Origin: Candidatus Desantisbacteria bacterium
GTDB lineage: Bacteria; UBA9089; CG2-30-40-21
Direction of reading: 5' to 3'
Assembly (NCBI GenBank): GCA_043806395.1
Contig: JAZDHC010000039.1
Span: forward strand, 1-42,945
DNA: 42,945 bases
A model generated the notes under the pieces. It saw only the letters and a list, made by a program, of their open reading frames with translations. It searched no databases and was not told where the DNA came from. This document shows positions 19,680 through 29,698 of this stretch, in pieces. The translations under genes and the position numbers were made by a program. How positions within the stretch are numbered: the first letter of the stretch is position 1; every line of letters starts with the position of its first letter.

Positions 19680-20821
19680 GATACCCTGATACATTCCCAA
19701 TACACTTCTTGTAAGGGTACATCTTGTTCTATAGCAATTCTGCGACATTCTTCATATTCAGGCATAACCCTTTTTTTGTCTTCAATGGTTGCTTCCTTTG
19801 CCGTTAATATGCCGTACCTTGTATTTAACTCTACTGATTGGCGAGGAAGTTTTTTTCGTGGCATTCGTTGTATTCGGATACCAATGGTGGTTGTTTGAGA
19901 GAAGATAAAGGAGATTAATCTGTCTACGGTTTCCTCCAGAGTAAGTACACTTAGGAGTATTCCCATCCTGTTTTTTTTCCCATGAATTGGGGTCAGGTAA
20001 ACATCTAAGGCTCCTTGCTTCATTATCCCTTCCATCAAATAATCGTATATCTCCGGGTTCATATCATCAATATTAGTGGAAAGCAGGGTAACAACATCCT
20101 CCTCATAAATATCTGTTGTCTCACCTATAAAAACGCGTAATATATTGGGAATGTTTGTCTCATGGCTTCCTGCCCCATAGCCGATCTTTTTCACTCTCAT
20201 TTTCGGCATGCAATCAACACCCGTTCCAAGGGTAGTAATAATAGCTGCACCCGTAGGGGTGGTTAATTCCTTATCTGCTCCAGGCGAAGAATATACAGGA
20301 AAGCCCTTTATCAATTCAGCGGTTGCTGGTGCTGGAACAGAGAGTATGCCATGTTCACAACAAACCTTTCCGCCACCCAGATTTAATGGGGATGAATAAA
20401 TCTTGTCTATTCCAAGATAATGCAGAGACAGGACACTGCCCACCACATCAACCAAAGTATCCTTATCCCCTAACTCATGAAAATGCACCTCGTGGGAATG
20501 GATACCATGGGCAAATGCCTCTGCCTGAACCAATCGGTCTATTATCTGGCAGGAGGTTGTTTTTATCCCTTCATCTAAGCTGCTCTTATTAATGATAGAA
20601 AACATTTCTGTCGGAGAAAGTCTTTTTGTATCCACAAGAACATGAGCACATAACCCCTTGAGTCCAGACATGGTAACACTTGTGGTTTCAAGAGAAAACT
20701 CTATCTCCATACTGGACAACTCTTGGGTTAACCATTTAATATCTACCCCGGCATCAAGCAATGCCCCCAAAATCATATCACCGCTTATACCGGCAAAACA
20801 ATCAAAATAAGCTATTTTCAA
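19676..20821 (-). CDS. larC: Nickel-pincer cofactor biosynthesis protein LarC (DUF111 nickel insertion protein)
   Basis: Preferred TTG at 20821 ((M)KIAYFDCFAGISGDMILGALLDAG.., the canonical LarC N-terminus) with GGAG 7 nt upstream, 381 aa. The track start at 20998 reads through the hairpin repeat (..LCLCVSAV..). Confidence 0.85.
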   Translation of the reverse strand: MKIAYFDCFAGISGDMILGALLDAGVDIKWLTQELSSMEIEFSLETTSVTMSGLKGLCAHVLVDTKRLSPTEMFSIINKSSLDEGIKTTSCQIIDRLVQAEAFAHGIHSHEVHFHELGDKDTLVDVVGSVLSLHYLGIDKIYSSPLNLGGGKVCCEHGILSVPAPATAELIKGFPVYSSPGADKELTTPTGAAIITTLGTGVDCMPKMRVKKIGYGAGSHETNIPNILRVFIGETTDIYEEDVVTLLSTNIDDMNPEIYDYLMEGIMKQGALDVYLTPIHGKKNRMGILLSVLTLEETVDRLISFIFSQTTTIGIRIQRMPRKKLPRQSVELNTRYGILTAKEATIEDKKRVMPEYEECRRIAIEQDVPLQEVYWECIRVS

Positions 20822-20842
20822 TTGTCTTCTCCTTTTGTAATT

Positions 20843-20990
20843 ATTCACCGCAGAGACACAGAGGCACAGAGAGGGAAATATGGGATGTGTCCCTGCATTT
20901 CCCCTGCATTTCCCTTGCATTTCCCTATCTGTGAAATCTGTGAAATCTGTGTAATCTGTGGATATATTCTTCTCTGTGCCTCTGTGGTAA
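20843..20990. repeat. ORF-less hairpin, CGCAGAG-unit family, with internal 11-nt and 9-nt tandem units
   Basis: ATTCACCGCAGAGACACAGAGGCACAGAGAG .. CCTGCATTTCC x3 .. ATCTGTGAA x3 .. TTCTCTGTGCCTCTGTGGTAAA. Confidence 0.8.
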
Positions 20991-20994
20991 ATTT

Positions 20995-21507
20995 TCACCC
21001 TTGAAGCCTTTTGACAAACTTACTGCTGATATTTTCCCGAATCTTCAATACCCTCACATGAGAAATACCCAATCTCTTGCCAATATCTCTCAGGGTATAC
21101 CCTTGAGTAAACAATTCAATCACATCTTTTTCCCTTCGAGTCAATTCCTTAGCCTTCATCTGTTGAATAAAAAGGGCATCATCTACCCGGACATCAAAGG
21201 ATGCGGCGTGGTCAGGGATAATATCCCCTATGGTAGTGCCGCTTTCGCCAAATGGTTCATCAAGGCTGATGAGATTTACCTTTTCTGTATATCGACGGAG
21301 ATAGTTTTTTAGATGGAAATAACAACTTCCTCGAATATAACCATCATTCTTATCCTCAAATTCCCCTTGTTTCCACCTTTCCCAGAGGTGATAAAGCATT
21401 TCCTGATAAAGATCATCCTGCCCAATAGCCCGGGATGGAATAACCACCTTGTTGGATAGCCGCTTAAGATATGGTGAAAATCTTTTGACTAATTCGCCAA
21501 ACTCCAT
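20995..21507 (-). CDS. Sigma-70 family (ECF-like) RNA polymerase sigma factor
   Basis: Region-2-like ..QDDLYQEMLYHLWERW.. and region-4 HTH ..YTLRDIGKRLGISHVRVLKIRENI.. Preferred ATG at 21507, because the predicted promoter lies downstream of the track TTG at 21576. Confidence 0.7.
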   Translation of the reverse strand: MEFGELVKRFSPYLKRLSNKVVIPSRAIGQDDLYQEMLYHLWERWKQGEFEDKNDGYIRGSCYFHLKNYLRRYTEKVNLISLDEPFGESGTTIGDIIPDHAASFDVRVDDALFIQQMKAKELTRREKDVIELFTQGYTLRDIGKRLGISHVRVLKIRENISSKFVKRLQG

Positions 21508-21554
21508 TTTTTGATTATGCCCATCCTTTAGGGGGGGAAATATGTACCCATAAG

Positions 21555-21583
21555 AATATATCAGAAATTTGTACAAATGTCAA
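21555..21583 (-). promoter_or_regulatory. Sigma-70-type promoter for the sigma factor - larC unit
   Basis: Minus strand reads TTGACA - 17 nt - TATATT. Confidence 0.5.
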
Positions 21584-21601
21584 CAAGATTTTAGAAAATA
21601 C

Positions 21602-21630
21602 TTGCTTTTTAATACAAGATATGCTACTAT
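21602..21630 (+). promoter_or_regulatory. Sigma-70-type promoter for the HD-domain gene
   Basis: TTGCTT - 17 nt - TACTAT, divergent from the sigma-factor promoter. Confidence 0.4.
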
Positions 21631-21668
21631 GTAATTATTCAAATGCTTGCAAACAGGAGAAAAAAATA

Positions 21669-22343
21669 ATGCAAAAACTACAAGGTACGATTGAAGATAT
21701 TAAAAAACATCCCTTAACAAATGCTTACATAAAAGGATCAGATGAAAATCTTGATGTTCTTGGTTATACAGAGCATGGGATACGACATGCTACTATTGTT
21801 TCTCAAAATGCTGCTAAGATTATATCCAAATTGTGGTATGATTCAAGGCTTGTGGAGTTAGCAGAGATAGCTGGATACTTGCATGATATTGGAAATGTGG
21901 TTAATCGAAAGGGGCATAGTGTTTCAGGTGCCTTGCTTGCTGTGGAAATTCTCAAAGGTTTGAGATTTCCTGAAAATGAGATAGCCGCCATTATTCGGGC
22001 AATAGGCAACCATGATGAGGAAGAGGGTGGGGAGCCTGTAAGCAATCTTGCAGCAGCAGTTATTCTGGCAGATAAGGCTGATATTCATAGAAGTCGGGTC
22101 AGAAATTCCAATATGATTACCTTTGATATCCATGATCGGGTCAACTATGCTGCTACCTATTCCTCTGTTGATGCCGATGCTGACTCAAAGATAATCTTCT
22201 TGAATCTAACCATTGATACCCAGGTCTCTCAGATAATGGAGTATTTTGAAATATTCTTATCCAGAATGATGATTTGCCGCAAGGCAGCTGTGTTTTTGAA
22301 TTGTAAGTTTGAGATTTTAGTCAATGATATCAGGTTGTTGTAA
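21669..22343 (+). CDS. HD-domain phosphohydrolase
   Basis: H..HD..D pattern (..HGIRHATIV.., ..GYLHDIGN.., ..IGNHDEEEG.., ..LADKAD..). Preferred ATG at 21669 with AGGAGA 9 nt upstream. Confidence 0.7.
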   Translation: MQKLQGTIEDIKKHPLTNAYIKGSDENLDVLGYTEHGIRHATIVSQNAAKIISKLWYDSRLVELAEIAGYLHDIGNVVNRKGHSVSGALLAVEILKGLRFPENEIAAIIRAIGNHDEEEGGEPVSNLAAAVILADKADIHRSRVRNSNMITFDIHDRVNYAATYSSVDADADSKIIFLNLTIDTQVSQIMEYFEIFLSRMMICRKAAVFLNCKFEILVNDIRLL

Positions 22344-22401
22344 CTATTCAGGTAGATAGGCTGTAGGGTAATGAAGCAGAAACACGGAATTGAGGTGCCC
22401 T

Positions 22402-23007
22402 TTACACTGTTACCCCAAGCACAATCATGAGTACAATCAATATTCCAGTGATAATTATAGAGGGTGAGCCAAAAACAAGGAGGGTCTTAAAGGTTGAGAT
22501 GCGGTGAACCTCACGGATAGATATGAATTGAAGTTCTATTACCCATATAAGGATAATGAGCTTAAACCCGAGATAGACAAAAAAGCTCAAGTCCCCGCAG
22601 GCTTGAGAAATCAATGCCATGGGAACGGTTAACATGCTTGGGCTAAGACTAAGCCCCAGAGCAGTTAACAGGACTGATGCCTTGCCTTGTCCATGAAGCC
22701 ATTCAGCAACAAGATGAAATATTGCCCCGGAGATAAACCATATTACTGCAATCCCAATCACACTTAATGCCAACCAAAAAGGGAGGAATGACTTGATGAT
22801 TGAATGGGAATTTGCTCCAATTAAGATAAAGTCAGAAATAGCAATGCTTACCCCTGAAAAGATGATAACTAAGGTGACATAAAAACTTGCCTCTGTACTT
22901 GATAGTCTTTGCATACACCTGACTGGATTGGTAAATAATTGATAAATTATTTCCAATCCTTGCATTCCCATCTCTTCTTCTGCTTTGCCCATTTCCACAT
23001 CATTCAT
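22402..23007 (-). CDS. Yip1-like multi-pass membrane protein
   Basis: 201 aa with an acidic N-terminus followed by ~5 hydrophobic helices. Starts 3 nt after the sppA stop, so it is likely co-transcribed. Family assignment is tentative. Confidence 0.45.
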   Translation of the reverse strand: MNDVEMGKAEEEMGMQGLEIIYQLFTNPVRCMQRLSSTEASFYVTLVIIFSGVSIAISDFILIGANSHSIIKSFLPFWLALSVIGIAVIWFISGAIFHLVAEWLHGQGKASVLLTALGLSLSPSMLTVPMALISQACGDLSFFVYLGFKLIILIWVIELQFISIREVHRISTFKTLLVFGSPSIIITGILIVLMIVLGVTV

Positions 23008-23010
23008 ATT

Positions 23011-23955
23011 TTAAGGTCTCCACTGATATTCAAGGCAGGGTGATTTCAGGAATGAAGAGCCTTTGAAAAGGGCAGTTGGGTTAGAACCTTCTACTAAAGT
23101 TTTGAGCCATTGCAAAGGCTCTTCTTCTTCTATAATTACTGGTTCACCCTTAATCCCTGCTAATTTAGCAGTTATGGCTATAGTTTGCTGATAGTCTCCA
23201 ATCTCATCTATTAATCCAGCTTTTTTCGCCTGGCGACCAGTAAATATTCTACCATCAGCCAATTCTCTTAATCTATCCTCCGGCATATTTTGTCTTCCCA
23301 TTTTTACTGCTTGATAAAATTGCTGATAGGCATCATCAATGACCCCTTGAAGCAACATTCTTTCTTCTTCTGTCATTGGTCTTGACATGGAGCCAATATC
23401 CTTATGTTGACCACTTTTTATTACCCGAAAGTTTACCCCAACCTTTTCCAGAAGCCCTGATATCTCTGGCAGATGCATGATCACACCAATTGAACCAACC
23501 AGACTCCCTTCATCAGCTACTATCTTGTCTGCACTACTGGCAATATAATATCCCCCGGAGGCACAAATATCACCAATAGAGACAACTACCTTTTTGTGCT
23601 GTTTTTTTAATTCCTTTATCTGATTATAAATCTCCTGAGTAGCAGCTACTGTTCCACCAGGGCTGTTTATTCGCAAGATTACAGCCTTGACCAATGGATC
23701 GCGACTTAATGCTGCTAATTTTTTTACAATTCCATCTGCATCCTTAGCCGATGCTCCCCATGCATTCCCTGCTTGACTTTGAAATGAAATCTCCCCATAT
23801 ATTCGTACTACTGCAATCTTTTTTTGTGAGACAATGGCTGAAACAATCCCATTTTGTTTTTTTGTGCCATGAGAAAATACCATACATATTCCAATAATAA
23901 TGGCTACAAGGCAAAAAATAAGTATCCCGCCACCAATCAAGTTTTCTTTTTTCAT
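23011..23955 (-). CDS. sppA: Signal peptide peptidase SppA, 36K type (S49 family)
   Basis: ..RINSPGGTVAAT.., ..GDICASGGYYIAS.. and ..GSIGV.. motifs. Preferred ATG at 23955 (MKKENLIGGGILIF.. TM anchor) with GGAGGAG 7 nt upstream. Confidence 0.88.
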   Translation of the reverse strand: MKKENLIGGGILIFCLVAIIIGICMVFSHGTKKQNGIVSAIVSQKKIAVVRIYGEISFQSQAGNAWGASAKDADGIVKKLAALSRDPLVKAVILRINSPGGTVAATQEIYNQIKELKKQHKKVVVSIGDICASGGYYIASSADKIVADEGSLVGSIGVIMHLPEISGLLEKVGVNFRVIKSGQHKDIGSMSRPMTEEERMLLQGVIDDAYQQFYQAVKMGRQNMPEDRLRELADGRIFTGRQAKKAGLIDEIGDYQQTIAITAKLAGIKGEPVIIEEEEPLQWLKTLVEGSNPTALFKGSSFLKSPCLEYQWRP

Positions 23956-23966
23956 TATCAGTCTCC

Positions 23967-24280
<314 letters not shown>

Positions 24281-24287
24281 CTCCCGT

Positions 24288-24316
24288 AGTATATCATCAA
24301 TAAGCAGGGATGTCAA
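24288..24316 (-). promoter_or_regulatory. Sigma-70-type promoter directly upstream of the heptamer array and sppA
   Basis: Minus strand reads TTGACA - 17 nt - TATACT. The predicted start site falls at the first array unit (~24281). Confidence 0.55.
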
Positions 24317-24407
24317 TAAAAAAATGATAATAGGGCAGAGGACAGGGGTTGTTAATATATAATTGTGTGCCTTTGTGTCCTTAATGATTAATAATGGAAA
24401 ATAAACC

Positions 24408-24436
24408 TTGCTTTTTTTCAAAAAAAGGTGTATATT
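24408..24436 (+). promoter_or_regulatory. Sigma-70-type promoter for the TonB-dependent receptor gene
   Basis: TTGCTT - 17 nt - TATATT, about 110 nt upstream of the start codon. Confidence 0.45.
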
Positions 24437-24552
24437 ATTAATAAAGCATATCAATATCCATTCAGCAATAACGGCGAATTTATCCCTACTGCAAGATTTC
24501 TCACAGTAGTTTGAAATGACAGTTATCACTCTATTCTCAGGAGGTTCTAAGC

Positions 24553-26571
24553 ATGAAACAGCCATTGATTAAATTATTTTTTATTTCTTCCCTGATTCTT
24601 TATTCCCAGCCTGTCTTTTCTCAAGAGCCGTTGGAATTATTGCTCTTTAATGAGGATGAGTTGGTGGTGACTGCGGCAAAACGCGAGCAGAAGATTATTG
24701 AAGCACCCTGTGCCATTAAGGTTGTAACCAGAGGAGAGATTGAAGCATGGGGATATAGAAATCTTGAAGAGCTTCTCAGGGCACAGCATGAGGTTGATAT
24801 TGCCAATAATGGGGTTTTTACCATTGTCAGTCTGCGAGGCTGCGGCGGTACATCTGGAAGTGAAAGGGTATTGTTTTTATTGGATGGGAGACCATTGAAT
24901 GCTGTGATTCTTGGGAGTGTGGAGCCAAGGATGGTTGGGCTGGATAATGTTGAACGAATAGAGATCTTACAGGGACCAGGTTCAGCCATGTATGGTGCCA
25001 ATGCCTTTGGCGGGGTGATTAACATCATCACCCGCTCTGCAGATAAAAATGTTTTCGAGGTTACATCCTTGATGGGGATAAATAAAATGCTGGATACTAC
25101 CAAGTCTCAGGCAAAAGAAACCTTTGGCAATTCAAGATATTGTCAAGTATGCTATGGGAACAAAATAGAAGATAAGATGTCATTATTCTTAACTGCAAGT
25201 CAGATGGATGCAGATGGTGCTAAGGTTAATGCTGATATGAAAAATGATGTCATTACAACAAAAATTATGGTTCCAATCAAGGATTCTTCAAACCTTACAT
25301 TTTGTACAGGCATGTCTAAGGGGGAGTTAGTGCTTGCTGAATATATTGTGGATGATGGACAAAAGGTTGGAAGAGTCAGCATAAAGAATCAGTATGCAGA
25401 TGTGCTGTATAATGGTGTACTTAACCCAGTTTCTGATCTATCCATTCGGGCTTATAGCGGAATTACAAATATAAATTTCCAACTACCTACTATTCGTATA
25501 AAAACAATAGAATCTGCAACTATTACAATTATTCAAAAGATGGAATATCCATGCTATCCTGAATCAGTAAATGGTCTTGAGGTCCAACACAACTGGTTAA
25601 TAAATGAGCAAAACTTTTTTATCTGTGGACTTGACCTTTGCCGAGAGGTTGGGGAATTGCCAAGATATACCAGTAGTACTGTTACTACTGGTATAGCAAC
25701 AATAATTGTATACGATGACAGTATCAGCAGAAGGCATACCAGTAATAGAAGTGCCCTATATATTCAGGATGAGTTTAAGCCAGACAAGCAATTAACACTG
25801 ACCATGGGGGCACGGTATGATCAACACAGCATTTATGGCTCAATGGTAAGCCCAAGGTTGGGCATAGTTTATAATCTTAAAAATCATCCCACGGTTTTTA
25901 AGGCTTCTGTAGGCAAGGCATTCCGTCCGCCTGACTTTTCCGAGCTTTATAGTCAACAATATTTTCTTAGTGTTCTGGTTCAGCAACAACCAGATAATCC
26001 ATTAACACCAGAAGAGATAACCTCATACGAGGCAGCAATTTTTCATCAATTAAATGAAAAGACCATGGGCAGGATAGCCGTATTCAAGAACAAGATGAAA
26101 AATCTTATTGATTTTCCTTTCACTGAATTTGTAGGCTCAACAGCTATCAAGAGAGAGTATAAAAATCAGACATCATCTGAAACAAAGGGTGTAGAGGTAG
26201 GGCTGGAAAAGAGCTTGACGAATAATCTTTTTGCATCACTCTGTTATACACGATTGGATACCCCTGGCAAAGATACGGATATTCCTTATATCCCCAAAAG
26301 CAAGATTAGCTTGAAGCTGGATTATAATCCTGCTGATGGTCTGGCAATGGGCTTGAATGGAACAAGGGTGGGAGAAAGGCGTTCAATGGCACCCCCTGCT
26401 GTCCTGCCAATTTATTTTGTACTGAATTCTTATCTTAGATGGAATATGAGTGATACTGTATCTCTGTCTGTGATTGGACAAAACCTGCTCGATGAGGAAT
26501 ATGAAGAAGGTCCATATCCCATGACTACACGAAGGCAGACGGTGCAGGTAAGGGTGAGGTATGAAATGTGA
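24553..26571 (+). CDS. TonB-dependent outer-membrane receptor
   Basis: Signal peptide, a TonB-box-like ..ELVVTA.., plug-domain motifs (..IEILQGPGSAMYGANAFGGVINIIT..) and a long beta-barrel region. AGGAGG RBS. Confidence 0.85.
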   Translation: MKQPLIKLFFISSLILYSQPVFSQEPLELLLFNEDELVVTAAKREQKIIEAPCAIKVVTRGEIEAWGYRNLEELLRAQHEVDIANNGVFTIVSLRGCGGTSGSERVLFLLDGRPLNAVILGSVEPRMVGLDNVERIEILQGPGSAMYGANAFGGVINIITRSADKNVFEVTSLMGINKMLDTTKSQAKETFGNSRYCQVCYGNKIEDKMSLFLTASQMDADGAKVNADMKNDVITTKIMVPIKDSSNLTFCTGMSKGELVLAEYIVDDGQKVGRVSIKNQYADVLYNGVLNPVSDLSIRAYSGITNINFQLPTIRIKTIESATITIIQKMEYPCYPESVNGLEVQHNWLINEQNFFICGLDLCREVGELPRYTSSTVTTGIATIIVYDDSISRRHTSNRSALYIQDEFKPDKQLTLTMGARYDQHSIYGSMVSPRLGIVYNLKNHPTVFKASVGKAFRPPDFSELYSQQYFLSVLVQQQPDNPLTPEEITSYEAAIFHQLNEKTMGRIAVFKNKMKNLIDFPFTEFVGSTAIKREYKNQTSSETKGVEVGLEKSLTNNLFASLCYTRLDTPGKDTDIPYIPKSKISLKLDYNPADGLAMGLNGTRVGERRSMAPPAVLPIYFVLNSYLRWNMSDTVSLSVIGQNLLDEEYEEGPYPMTTRRQTVQVRVRYEM

Positions 26572-26578
26572 TAATTAT

Positions 26579-26680
26579 CAATTCAGCAATTCAGCAATTG
26601 ACAATTCAGCAATTGACAATTGATAATTACTGAATTACTGAATTGCAGAATTGATGAATTACGGGATTGATGAATTACGG
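26579..26680. repeat. Low-complexity hairpin built from AATTNNNN 7-8 nt units
   Basis: AATTCAGC AATTCAGC AATTGAC AATTCAGC AATTGAC AATTGAT | AATTACTG AATTACTG AATTGCAG AATTGATG AATTACGGG ATTGATG AATTACGG. The halves are imperfect reverse complements. Confidence 0.7.
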
Positions 26681-26690
26681 AGGATAGAAC

Positions 26691-27590
26691 ATGAAATTAC
26701 ATTTATGGCTAACATGTATGCTGATAAGTCTGTGTTGTCTGACAACTAATGTCTGTGCATCAGAGCCTCGGATAGCTATTGTTATCTCTCGGCAGATACA
26801 GCCTTATATGGCCGTTGTCCGGGAGATTAAGGCAGGAGTAAACGCTGTCTTTTACGAATACAACCTGAATGGGGACAAGAGGAATATTCAGAAAATCATC
26901 GCAGAGATTTTGTCCAAAAATCCTGATATTATTGTGGCTATTGGGACAGAAGCTGCTGATGGCTGTTGCGGTAAGACCGAGGGTATACCAACAATCTTCA
27001 GCATGGTGTTGAATCCCTATATTCTCAAGCTCAATATGAGCGGGGTGGCTCTGGATATCTCAGCCAAAGCCCAGATATTGACATTACGAAAGATATTGCC
27101 AAAGGCTAAAAAGATAGGGGTTATCTATAATCCCGCAGTCTCTGCCTCTTTAATCGCTCAAGCCCAAAAAGAAAACATCTCCATTGTTGCCTCTCCTGTG
27201 AAATCTGAATCGCAGATTGCACCTGCCTTAAAGAATATGCTTGATCAGGGCAGAATAGATGCCTTCTGGCTTATTCCTGACCCAATGGTTGCCAATCAAT
27301 CAATTGCCCGGTATATCTTAGAGACAACCCTGAAGGCTAATGTTCCGGTTTTTGCCCCATCCCCGGCATTTGTGAAGAATGGTGCGTTATTCTCGGTTTC
27401 AGCTTGTTATGACCGGATTGGCAAGCAGACGGTCAAACTTATTGGGCAAATATTGACTAATGGTAATACTCGAATATTTATAGAAGAGCCGGAAGATCCG
27501 ATTTTAACGATTAATCTTAAGACGGCTGAATTGCTGAATATTGTTATTCCGGATCAGGTGAAGAATTTAGCTGATGAAACGATTGAATAA
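26691..27590 (+). CDS. ABC-transporter-type periplasmic substrate-binding protein (ABC_sub_bind-like)
   Basis: 299 aa with a signal peptide and a two-lobe PBP-like pattern (..KKIGVIYNP.., ..DAFWLIPDP..). Sits directly upstream of a histidine kinase. GGAGGA RBS. Confidence 0.6.
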   Translation: MKLHLWLTCMLISLCCLTTNVCASEPRIAIVISRQIQPYMAVVREIKAGVNAVFYEYNLNGDKRNIQKIIAEILSKNPDIIVAIGTEAADGCCGKTEGIPTIFSMVLNPYILKLNMSGVALDISAKAQILTLRKILPKAKKIGVIYNPAVSASLIAQAQKENISIVASPVKSESQIAPALKNMLDQGRIDAFWLIPDPMVANQSIARYILETTLKANVPVFAPSPAFVKNGALFSVSACYDRIGKQTVKLIGQILTNGNTRIFIEEPEDPILTINLKTAELLNIVIPDQVKNLADETIE

Positions 27591-27595
27591 AAGAT

Positions 27596-28045
27596 ATTCA
27601 CCGCAGAGACGCAGAGGCACAGAGAATATATGGGAATAAATCAGATAACAGAGAAAATTATTGGCGCAGCAATTGAAATACATAGGACATTGTGTCCAGG
27701 TTTATTAGAATCTGCTTACGAAGAATGCTTATGTTATGAGCTATCTATGGCAGGTCTACATTTCAGAAGACAAGTTGAATTGCCTGTGATATATAAGGGC
27801 ATTAAATTAGATTGTGGCTATCGAATGGATATTCTTATTGAAGAAAAAGTTGTGGCAGAATTAAAAACAGTGGAAAAATTACTACCAATTCATGAGGCTC
27901 AACTTTTAACCTACCTAAAAATGATGGATAAAAGGATAGGCTTGTTGATTAATTTTAATGTTTCTGTTCTCAAGGATGGAATTAAACGCATAGCACATAA
28001 CTTTTGAATTTTCTCTCTCTGTGTCTCTGCGTCTCTGCGGTGAAT
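27596..28045 (+). mobile_element. 450-bp cassette: GxxExxY gene flanked by ~30-bp terminal inverted repeats of the CGCAGAG hairpin family
   Basis: Left ATTCACCGCAGAGACGCAGAGGCACAGAGA (27596-27625) versus the reverse complement of the right end ATTCACCGCAGAGACGCAGAGACACAGAGA (28045-28016) gives 29/30 identity by hand. Confidence 0.65.
27630..28007 (+). CDS. GxxExxY family protein (PD-(D/E)xK nuclease-like, PDDEXK_3)
   Basis: 125 aa, ..[25 protein letters not shown].. (GLLESAY = GxxExxY) and ..[13 protein letters not shown].. (D..ExK). No recognisable SD. Confidence 0.8.
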   Translation: MGINQITEKIIGAAIEIHRTLCPGLLESAYEECLCYELSMAGLHFRRQVELPVIYKGIKLDCGYRMDILIEEKVVAELKTVEKLLPIHEAQLLTYLKMMDKRIGLLINFNVSVLKDGIKRIAHNF

Positions 28046-28066
28046 ATTTACTTTATGAGGTGTATC

Positions 28067-29698
28067 ATGCTCATACGACCTACTCTTGGATTTAAGCTTA
28101 TCCTCTCTGTCAGCCTTTTGGTAATCAGCCTTGCTGTAATTTTAGGCAGTTTTTTTGTTTGTGAACAGAAAGCACTTATTGAAAGCGAGCTTCGTAATCG
28201 TGGGTTATCACTATCTGAAAATCTGGCTTATAATAGCGAGTATGGGCTGCTTTTTGAGAATAAGGAGATGCTGGATAAACTTATTCAGGGCGCAATTAAA
28301 AATGATGATATAGCCTTTGTAGCTATTTGTGATCAAAATAGCAAGATTATTGCCTCTTCTGCTAATTCGACATTGTGGGTAGATTTCCTCAAGGGTGTCA
28401 GGACAACTCATAGTACCATCAATCAATATTCTTACAAGGGCAAGAATGTGTATGATATTATTGCCCCTATCTCTACTGTCAGGGGGATAAACAAGGGTGA
28501 AGGGTTAATCTTTGATAGCCAGATTAGTCAAACAAGGCAAGAAAATATTGGGTTTGCCCGAGTAGGGGTATTGCTTGAGAACAAGGAAAAAACTGTAAAA
28601 AACATACAAATGATTGCCTTTTTTATTTCTCTCCTTGTTATTATAGGTGGAATAATCTGGACTGTATTGTTAACCAGAAGAATCACCCAGCCAATAAAGC
28701 AATTGGTAAGGGTGACTGCAAGGGTAGCTGAAGGGGATTTATGTCGTTTCGCAAATGGGAAGATACGGCATGATGAGATTGGAGATCTTATCGCTGCCTT
28801 TAATGCGATGACCGAAAAATTATCTGAATCAGCTGAACAGATAGAGGCATATACGAAAAACCTTGAACAAATGGTTGAAGAGCGGACGAAAGAACTAAAA
28901 GATGCAAATGAAAAACTTAAAAAACTCGATGAGTTAAAAAGCAACTTTCTTTCGGTTGCAGCACATGAACTAAGGACACCACTGACATCTATTCGGGCAT
29001 TTAGTGAGTTATTGCTTGATGATCCTGATGGGGATATAAATACCAGAAGTGACTTCTTAAAGATTATGAAAGAAGAAACCGAAAGGTTGACTCGGATGAT
29101 TAATGATATACTTGATCTTTCTAAGATAGAGGCAGGGAAAGCAACATGGCATATGCAGGATATTTCTATGGTAGAGGTTGTTAAATCCGCTGTCGATAAA
29201 ATAAAGGGGTATATTGTTCAACAAGGTGTACTCCTGAGCGTAGATGTTCCGGCATACATTTCAATTGTTACTGCTGATTATGATAAATTGATTCAGGTAA
29301 TGGTTAATCTCCTGAACAATGCCCTCAAGTTTGTTGGGGATAATGGAAGAATAGGGGTTAAGATTTACGAAACAACAGAGCCGCAAAACCATGAGGTTAT
29401 TACCGCTATCTCTGATACTGGTCATGGCATCCCGCCAGAAAAACTTGGCAGTGTCTTTGAAAGATTCTGTCAGATAGAAAATATCCCCACAGAGGTAAAA
29501 GGCACCGGGCTTGGCTTGACTATCTGTAAGGAGATTGTTGAACGCCTTGGTGGCAGGATATGGGTGGAAAGTGAGATTGGTAAGGGGACAACATTTTTCT
29601 TTAGTTTGCCGGTGAAGGGAACAAATATTTCGGAGGAATATTCCGCTCTTCGCAGGAATGATGCCGGAGAACCTGGATTCCTGCCTTCGCAGGAATGA
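28067..29698 (+). CDS. Sensor histidine kinase (TM - extracytoplasmic domain - TM - HAMP - HisKA - HATPase_c)
   Basis: H-box ..AAHELRTPLTSI.., N-box ..NLLNNALKF.., G-boxes ..DTGHGI.. and ..GTGLGL... Preferred ATG at 28067 with GAGGTG upstream. The track start at 28004 reads through the cassette's right repeat, and the last ~20 codons are encoded by GGAATGAC-family repeats. Confidence 0.9.
   Translation: MLIRPTLGFKLILSVSLLVISLAVILGSFFVCEQKALIESELRNRGLSLSENLAYNSEYGLLFENKEMLDKLIQGAIKNDDIAFVAICDQNSKIIASSANSTLWVDFLKGVRTTHSTINQYSYKGKNVYDIIAPISTVRGINKGEGLIFDSQISQTRQENIGFARVGVLLENKEKTVKNIQMIAFFISLLVIIGGIIWTVLLTRRITQPIKQLVRVTARVAEGDLCRFANGKIRHDEIGDLIAAFNAMTEKLSESAEQIEAYTKNLEQMVEERTKELKDANEKLKKLDELKSNFLSVAAHELRTPLTSIRAFSELLLDDPDGDINTRSDFLKIMKEETERLTRMINDILDLSKIEAGKATWHMQDISMVEVVKSAVDKIKGYIVQQGVLLSVDVPAYISIVTADYDKLIQVMVNLLNNALKFVGDNGRIGVKIYETTEPQNHEVITAISDTGHGIPPEKLGSVFERFCQIENIPTEVKGTGLGLTICKEIVERLGGRIWVESEIGKGTTFFFSLPVKGTNISEEYSALRRNDAGEPGFLPSQE

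Noticed and set aside
24291-24552. Cobalamin riboswitch or strong Fur box upstream of the TonB-dependent receptor
   Set aside because: No B12-box (GCCACTG-type core with flanking conserved helices) was found by eye. The best Fur-like word (TTAATGATTAATAATGG) matches only about 10 of 19 consensus positions.
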